In this document: positions 51,255 to 64,000 of the stretch, piece by piece | Position numbering within the stretch: the first letter of the stretch is position 1 | How the letters are laid out: each line of letters begins with the position of its first letter | NCBI GenBank assembly: GCA_964247055.1 | Contig: OZ176055.1 | Location: 682,001-746,000, forward strand | Length of the DNA stretch: 64,000 nt | Reading direction: 5' to 3' | From: Paragordius varius | Taxonomy: Eukaryota > Animalia > Nematomorpha | Notes under the pieces: model-generated | The model's database searches: none | Told to the model about the DNA's origin: nothing | What the model saw: only the letters and a program-made list of their open reading frames with translations | Made by a program: the position numbers and the translations under genes

Positions 51255-53719
51255 TCAACACGCAATCCATTCGCGAAAATATGCTTTCAATATAAAAATC
51301 AATATTTCATACACAATTTTTATTAATTAATTTATCCAACTTGGCAGGAATTATAAAAAATTGTTGCATTATATTTTATAGTCTTATGTTTAAAATCTGA
51401 TAAATTATTTAAAAAGGTCCATATATGTATATGTTTTTACATATGAATTTCGAATGTGGCCCGCTAGATTATTTGGGTTAAAAACCATTTGTGTTGGACA
51501 CACCTCTTCGAAAAAATCGTAAGTTTTTGATTGAACAATTTTTTATTGTTATAACAAAAATTTTAAATGACTTACACCACTGTTTTAAAACAAATCATTT
51601 TAAAAAGTCATTTATAGAAGACAGAAAAGCCAATACTGATAATTTTTGGATATGTATTTTTGGGTGCTATATTATTGTATTATACATAAGTAATTAGCCT
51701 AATATCTACAGTGTTCCAAATATCTACCATTAAACATTTTTTTCTTTCCATCAACTAACTATACGCAACAAAACTTATAAAAAACGTTTATTGTAGACTT
51801 CATCGAATGATTATTAATAGGCATAAGAATAACCAGTTTTTTATAAAAACGCAAGCCCACTATTAAAGATTTTAAATATAATAAATGTTAGCTATTGTCA
51901 AAAAAACTACCAGTCAATCATTTAATAATGTAATGATATACTTTTTACACTTCGTCCACTCTGTGAAAGATGTGATTGAATATTGTACAGAATGATTAAT
52001 GCCACCAGATATAATTTAGTATCCATGTTTAAATATATGAAAAAAAGTATAAAAAATGATGAAATATTTGTATTATATTCGATATATTTATATATTTACT
52101 GTTTTAACAAACGGAAGTTATTTTAACGATAATATATATTACATATATATATTATTTTTATAAGGGCTATAAAATTGCAAATGATAACAAATACTTACGT
52201 TAATGTAAAATACCTATTTTTCAGACATCAATACAAATGATGAAATAAATATTTTTATTCAATCGTATTGCGCTGTTTTGATGTTGTGCGTCATAAATAA
52301 AATAATACTGGATCTAATTATTTAAACAAATGCTGATATGGTATATTTTCAAGGGTTAAATAAAAACAGTCAAATACTTAGAATTTAATGACGTTAATAC
52401 TATAATGTAAAATTGAACAATAAATTTAACATATCTATGTTATTTTGATTGATCCGAACTCAGTATTAAAAATTTAATTTCTACCTAATTTAATAAAAAA
52501 ACATTAATGTAGAAAATACTTCTCCCGACACGCTATATTTTGTTTGAAAAACTATGCTTTCAGATAAATAATATTCGATCGATATATAATATTTATAGAT
52601 TATATTACAGTTTGCCATATTTAGGGTTAAAGAGTTTTACAATTTCGATTTTTGCAACCAGCTTTTATAATACGAAATTGGGTTTTAAAAGCATATAAAG
52701 AAGTAATAAAACCGATTTTCAAATATAATTTTTTAAAATATTCATTTTCAACATTAAATTAATCCGTAGATAATAAAAAAACACAAATTAATGACTTGTG
52801 TTTCTACAGACTTATAATTTACTAATTATTTGGGATTTTAAAACGTAAAAAACGAAGTATGGGTTGTATCTAACAACTTTTAGTTTTCAACGGCTAATTG
52901 TTCATATCTAAATATACAGATTCCACAAAAAAATCTTGATGAATATATAGTCCACTAGGAAAATGTATAGGATTATCATGATGCTTTTAACTAGGCCCTG
53001 GGTGATTTTATATTGTTATTTACATGGTAACTCCATGTAAGAAATAGCACGTTTGTTATAAATAAGATTACAGCATGCTTTATTCCAAAAAATATCACTA
53101 AATATCATGAACTTAAAAAGCAAAAAAATGATTAAATTTTTCTAGTAACGAAAGTCTCGCTTTTTTACCCTTCTAAAATGGGTTAGTTTTATTAAAATAA
53201 ACGCAAAAATGCCAAGATTGTGCAATTTTTAAATTTGGCCGCAAAAAAAATTTAACCGAAAAAAATATTATGTCCATAATTAAATATAGCAAAATTTTAT
53301 CGAAGGTACTTCATACTATTTTGAGTTACAAAAAAAACGGTTTAAAATTCCTTAGGATATTAAAAACTTCAATATGTTGCTGTGCAATATATCACCTTAA
53401 AATTTTATTTAAGAATTCCTTTGCTTTTAAGGTGAATTTTTGTAAGGAAAAACAATATTTGTTTAACATAATTTTAAGATAAAATATTAATTCTAAAAAA
53501 ATGTTCAGCATGATCGAATTAAAAAAAGATATCTTTAAATAAAGCCTTATACTGTTTTGCATGACTCAATATAACAAAAATTACGCTTCAACTGAATTTT
53601 AATTGGATTTGAGAAACATATTCATTTTTCGGAAATTTTTTTTGGATCTTAAATTTTAATATTTTTTGTGCAATATCGGCATATTTTTATTATTTAATAG
53701 AATAAGCCTATTAAAAGGG

Positions 53720-54280
53720 TTAACACTTCGATACAAATTGGGGTATATAAATACCTCAGACTAAATTTGAGTTAGGGTCATTTAAATACTACTGAAAGAA
53801 ACGGTTCTAATTTAAAATAATGCTTCTATCCTAATAAAAATTATATAAATATGCCAAAATATCTAAATAAAATTTTGTTTTGAAAAATAAGTTTCATTTC
53901 AAACTACTTCGGCGCCATTTTTATTTACAAAATTTTTGCAAAATATGGTCCACATTTAATTTTAAATGTAATATTGAAGCTATTTTTTTATTTAAATAAA
54001 ATCTAACATTGATAGAAATAGAAAAAGCTGTTTATTTTTTATTATTTTTCAATTTTATTATTGCACGCATGTCACGTTGACTAAATTTTTACCTATCGGT
54101 TTTAGCTTAAAATAATTAATATCAAGTAGAATAAATTTTTATAAATATTTCGGTTTATTAATGTTATATAAGTGCAAAATTTTACCATGGTTTCGATTCC
54201 TTTCATATTTTTTAAGGATATTTAACTACCCCCAATTTGAATCGATGGACTAAAATGAATATGTTGTATCCAAATGTTAA
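53720..54280. mobile_element. MITE family B (piggyBac-like)
   Basis: TTAA flanks and full core. Confidence 0.85.
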
Positions 54281-55163
54281 ATTCGAAACTTTCGAGCTCA
54301 CATCTAATAATTATAGTTTTATTATGAAATGTAGATTCTGATTTATTTTAAGGATATATTTTGGAATGAATCATTTAGTTTTGATGAAAAAATTTTAAAT
54401 ATTGCCATTTTCTGACAATGAGTAATAATCACAATAGTTTATATAACTTTTAATTGGTAAGGGTTAAAACCATAAGCACTATTATAAACCTGACACATTT
54501 TGTGGAAAAAATAATACATATATTATATATCATGAGTATATTTTGTGTACACTGTGCAATAGATGTTATATGAGATATTTAAAATATCTCTCTATTAAAA
54601 CCTATAATGGAATATAAAATTAGACTCTATAACAAGGACCAAAAAGGACTTTAAAAACTAACACATAAAATAATTTATTATTGAAGAAACTTTTTAAATA
54701 TTTTAGCTAAATAATGTTAATAAGCTAATTTCGAGCTTTTCGATAAGGAGCAAATTATACGAATTTTTATAACAACAAGTAAATCCGATTGTCAAAGGCA
54801 TTAACATATTTTTAGATATAAATCATTTTATAAGAAAATTTTTATATCTTCTGATTTGTGCGCTATATTCACATATAAATCTGAACAATTTGTAGAGTCT
54901 AATCAGTTTTGTTTGTTATATCAATTATTTACTACCTTAATATATAAGTGAACTTTCAAATGCGAGTTATATTTACACAAAATTATAAATAATTTTATAC
55001 GGTGTATTAGATAATTTTAACCATATGATATATATTAATTATCAAATTTAATTGTTTATTGTTTGTACCAAATCTATCAACCAAAGTTGCCTGTAAATCG
55101 AATTGAGCGTTTAGAATTTGCTTAACCGAAATATCTCGATAACCTTTTTACCGATTGATTTAA

Positions 55164-59339
<4,176 letters not shown>

Positions 59340-61723
59340 AACTATACATAATGCACTCTGCTTGCTCTACTCTACTACACTTTTTTCTAGATTTAAACAT
59401 CATTCATTACAGAGAAATATTTATTTATCTACCCCTTAAGAATAGAAAATGATGTATAGTGTAGTGTTGTCCATAATATATACTAGTATCTCCATCATAT
59501 CTTTTTCAATAGTGTGTGCGTTTGACTGAAATTTATAAAGATGATAATTAGAAAAAAGAGCATTTGCACTTTAAGGCATGAATATTTTACAAGAGAATAT
59601 TTGCGTACATGAAAACATTAGTTTATTATCCTATAATACATAAGTTGAAATGTTATAATAAGTATTTATAAAAAGTTATTTTTTATTCATTGCAAAACAT
59701 ATATATATATATATATACACATATAAATTTATATATTAATATTAACACAAAACGCAAAATATATTTACATGTATAATATTTTATCTTACCATAGAAAGAA
59801 TATTAACTTTGATACATAGTCCATTTTATACTGAAAACATATGTTTATTATATATAAAGCCACAATACAAAACCAACATCTCTTTTCACTTAAGCACAAC
59901 GATATCAAACATATTAAAAGTTTTTTATATACCAGTTTAAACCTCTTTTTTGCAACAATTCTTTACAGAAACTCGAAATAACAGATTTAAAATTTTATGT
60001 ATGGCTTTTGATACCTACCCGAAGAAATCATTAAATATACATTTTATGCTATATAAACCAACCAACGATCTAATAAAATCTTTTTTCTCCAATCAATTAA
60101 CTCTAGTAATAATAATAATGATAATGTTCATTGTCGAAGCGTTTGGGCACAATTTTAAACCTTTTTTCATTACGCAACAAGCACTTAATGCAATAACAAA
60201 ATTCCCCCTCCTAATTATTGCATATTAAGTGCTGTCAGTCGAGAAAAAAAAGTGTTTCAAAATTTAACACGGGATCGTATAACCTGAATATGTGCAAATG
60301 GAATTCAAACTTCAAAACTTGTCCATTAATATATAAATTATTTTTTTTATTTTTGTTTTGTAAGTAGTGTAATTTTATTTTTTTTTCCTTTATTCATTTT
60401 TAGTTTTTTTCCCATTAAAACACTTTTAATTTTTAGTTATTTCAAATAAACAACATTACAATTGTCAATCGCATTTAACACCACCTTTTTCATTTTGGTT
60501 AAAAAATTTAGTTTTATTTTATGGAGCAACTTGCATATTTATATTGTAATAATATATTATTTTGCTCAATCTATGATATATATATATATTTCCTTCTGTA
60601 TTTTTTTCCTTTTAATTTTCATCATTTTTCATTTTAACAATTCTAAGTTAATTTATCACAAAACACTGTAATAGAATGTACTCAAACAGTCTGATGACTG
60701 CATATCTTGATTGTAACAGTTTTGCATTTTTTAAATCTCCCATTTGAAAGGATTCATTCAATTTTTATTTTTTTGTCATCAATTTTTTTTGTTTTCTTGA
60801 TTTACTTAACCTCTTATTATTTATATTATATATACACATGTACACAATTCATTATATTTTTTTGGAAAGTATAACATATGCCATATATGGGAGATTGAAT
60901 GCAAAACGCACCCCCTTTTCCTTATTTTTTGCTATTTTTAAAAGGTAGTTTTTTTTTCCTAACACAATTTTTGTTTCAAAGTAAAACTAATAATATTATT
61001 GTAATTTTAAGGTATTAACCAATCCATTTTTTTTTGTTTTCTTTTTAATTTTATTTTTTATTCACTTTTGTGTTAAACACCTTTCACTTAATAACTCAAT
61101 AAATTTTGTTAACCTCGTTTGGCTATGAGTTACTATCGTTTATTGTTTTCTACTTTGATTATTATACTTTCAATATTTTAATCCTGACTGATACTATATA
61201 TTTTAAGAAGTTTATTAAAAAAATATAGAGCTATATGACTCTGATTATCTTTTTATTTATCCTTAAAAAAGAAATTATTTCTATTATTTAAATTTAATAT
61301 TGTATGTTTCAGGCGATTTAAATTTTCAGATAGATATTATCGGAAATAAATTTTTTCCATCTACTGCAGTGTTTTGCCCTACTATAGTGTGTGAAAAATA
61401 AGCAACCATTAATATGCATACTGTAATTCAAAAACAATTTTCATAAACTAATTAAAGAAAGTTATTTATTTATTTTTTAAGGATTAATAGTACACAATGT
61501 GAATTAACAATCACAATATTTGTAATAAACAAAAAATTGGGGTAACCCCGTAAATTTGAAATGGGTCCTATTCTGGGTCGACCCAAAGTTAATGTTGTAC
61601 AAAATGGCATTTTTAAATCGATTGTGATCATACAATCCACCTCCAACATAAATGTTGAGAAAAATTTGATCACTGGTTTGATTTACATATATCTATTTAT
61701 TAATGTTCATATAAAACATAATA

Positions 61724-62007
61724 TACCATTGACAATTCAAATTCACCCTTGAACAATTCTAATTCACACTAAAAATAAATTATGTGTTTTCGGGCTAAAT
61801 AAAATATATTTATACGACATTGTTTATTATTTTTTTAGCATAATATTCATTTCAAAGAAAATTTCTTATTTTATGCAAAATAAAGATAATAATCTCAAAG
61901 ACACTCCTAATTTATTTTAGGGTGAATTTGAATTGTTCAAAAATGAATTTAAATTGATCAAGGGTTAATTTGAATTGTTTAAGGGTAAATTTGAAGTGTA
62001 AATGGTA
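61724..62007. mobile_element. MITE family A
   Basis: TIRs with TA flanks. Confidence 0.85.
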
Positions 62008-62626
62008 TATTAATAGTTTTGTCAAATTTTTTTAAAAATGAATTTTTTATTAAGATTTATTCTTTTAGTTGATAAATATATAGAAATCAAACGCCAAACT
62101 GAAATAATTGTAAATCCATTATTGTATGACTAATAGATGATTAGAAAAGATAGAAGATGTGTGTTAAAAAATCTAAGCTTAAAAAATGAAATTTTACGAA
62201 TTATATGTTGGAATTAAAAAAAATATTTTTTTGAAAAAGACAAAAACCATATTTCCATTTAATAAAGTCTAGTTTTAATAAAATTATTGTTTTCGATTTT
62301 TGAAAGGGTGATAGAGATGTAAATGTTAAAAAATCAAAGTTTTGCAAAGTATGGTTGCCTTAAAAAAATAATTATCCTTAACTTTTTTCCGTTGGATTAA
62401 ATAATTTTATTCTATAATTATACATATTGAAAGTATTAGAAGATTTAAAATTGAACATTATAAACATAATAAATACCCTGCGGCCTTGTGGAATTATAAT
62501 ATCTGTCAAATTTTTTTTAACAACGTTGATGATTGAAAGTATCATATAGCCATCTAAAGGCTCAGTCAATCCGAACGAATACTAAATGCAGAAGGATAAT
62601 ATTTAGGTAGAAGGTAAAAAAATTTA

Positions 62627-62941
62627 TAAGGGTGCCTAACACGCGAACCGCATACCGCGCTGCAATATATTATCCGTGGCCCGCATTAAATTTTGAAATT
62701 TATAATTTGGAAATATGCTCAAAATATCTCATTGTAATTATCATTTCTTAAACAAAGTTTCTGAAATCTATATAATTGACAAGTAACTAGAAAAAAATTG
62801 TTATATTATGCGTCCATTTTACAGTCTTATGTTTGAAATCTAATAAAATCATATATTAATGGCCATTTTTTTGATCGAGGCCCGTCGGATTGTTTGAGTT
62901 GAAACTGCGGCCCGCGAAGCCATTTATGTTGGATACCCTTA
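62627..62941. mobile_element. hAT-type MITE
   Basis: TAAGGGTGCCTAACA / TGTTGGATACCCTTA inverted ends with GGCCCG motifs; TSD not recognisable. Confidence 0.6.
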
Positions 62942-63097
62942 ACTTACAGTGAATATCAAAAATTATTAGGAGAATACATGAAAAAAAAGATCCTATTTTT
63001 TTAAAATACCATGGATTTTTAATGTTTCGTTTTGGGTTTTACAAATGCAGTAGCGAGAGCTATTATTAGCCATTACGTAATTTTAATTGGCTATATA

Positions 63098-63315
63098 CAT
63101 AAAAGTTGTACGGACAAAACTTAAAAATATATAGATAAATATTTTTTTATGACATTCATACATTTTAAATCATGATATTACTTATAACTTACTGTTTGAA
63201 ATCGCAAAGTATGTTGGGGATAAATTATCGTTTTAAAAAGTACGTTGTCTTTTGAGAAAAAAATATTTGTCCTTATATTTTTACCTTTTGTCCGTATAAT
63301 TTGGAATTTTTACTG
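63098..63315. mobile_element. MITE family C
   Basis: GTACGGACAAAAC.. / TTTGTCCGTATAATT..TTTTACTG|TA. Confidence 0.75.
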
Positions 63316-63586
63316 TAATTTAAATATCTGCTGGTATGTATTAGATTTACATTTTTTAAGTTGCATTTAAATTACTGTTAACATAATATTACGTTGCGAA
63401 AAACGTGTACTCTACCAACAGACATGTTACTTTAATCCCTTTTTAGTCAATTAATTTACCGAGATGGCCATTTTTCGTTCTGTATAATTAACTGATTCTA
63501 CAATTGTAAAATATAGAGGTTTTGGTATAATTAGACTAAAAAATAAAAAAAATTACAAAAAACATTAGTTACTTTTTTATGTTTTA

Positions 63587-63745
63587 CGGTATGCATTTTA
63601 ATGGTTGCTTATTTGTTACTATAGTAGAACAGTTTTCAAGATATAGTCTATCGAAAAAAAGAAAGAAAAAGATTGTTTTTCAATATTTTGTTGTTTTTTT
63701 CCATACACTACTGTTTTCCAAATTCCCCAATTAAAATGCATACTG
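63587..63745. mobile_element. MITE family G
   Basis: CGGTATGCATTTTAATGGTTGCTTA ... AAAATGCATACTG. Confidence 0.7.
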
Positions 63746-63765
63746 TGCCTTACTAATTTTAGTTT

Positions 63766-64000
63766 TTACTGTGAAGTACACCCCCCCCCCCAACATAATA
63801 TATAAATAATCATCATAGTAAATACGTTTGCTAAAATTTTGAATGCAATCGGATTCTCATGTATTCCTTCAATGTCCTTTCGCTTAAAAAATGACGCATC
63901 CATGCCGGTCCGATTTTTTTGCTCAATAATAGCTTTGACATCACTCACATAAATAATATGTGCTCCAAAAATTTGGGACATATATAAGGGCACATTCCTG
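63766..64000 (-). CDS. Possible exon of an unidentified gene entering from beyond the window end
   Basis: Frame open to the window edge (RNVPLYMSQIFGAHIIYVSDVKAIIEQKNRTGMDASFFKRKDIEG...) with coding-like composition; no family recognised. Confidence 0.3.
   Translation of the reverse strand, partial: RNVPLYMSQIFGAHIIYVSDVKAIIEQKNRTGMDASFFKRKDIEGIHENPIAFKILANVFTMMIIYILCWGGGCTSQ

Overview
Very AT-rich, intron-containing eukaryotic DNA, almost certainly from an invertebrate animal; the species cannot be identified from this window. By hand-splicing I can support five multi-exon genes: gephyrin/cinnamon-type MogA-MoeA fusion (+, 2477-7538), an R3H-SUZ RNA-binding protein (+, 16968-21214), FAM50/XAP5 (-, 22646-26791), a ~1,500-aa protein I cannot assign (-, 28908 to ~42713), and DDX6/Me31B (+, 55164-59339). 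A possible sixth gene runs off the right end. Introns and intergenic DNA are packed with non-autonomous transposons: several TA-target MITE families, a TTAA piggyBac-like MITE, hAT elements, a Helitron with internal tandem repeats, and RTE LINE remnants. The main finding is at least 11 GT-AG introns of only 22-38 nt whose removal is required to keep reading frames open, four of the five genes being recognisable conserved families. They sit preferentially at gene 5' ends and coexist with MITE-inflated introns of hundreds of nt. All coordinates were counted by hand, may be off by a few nt, and need RNA-seq confirmation.
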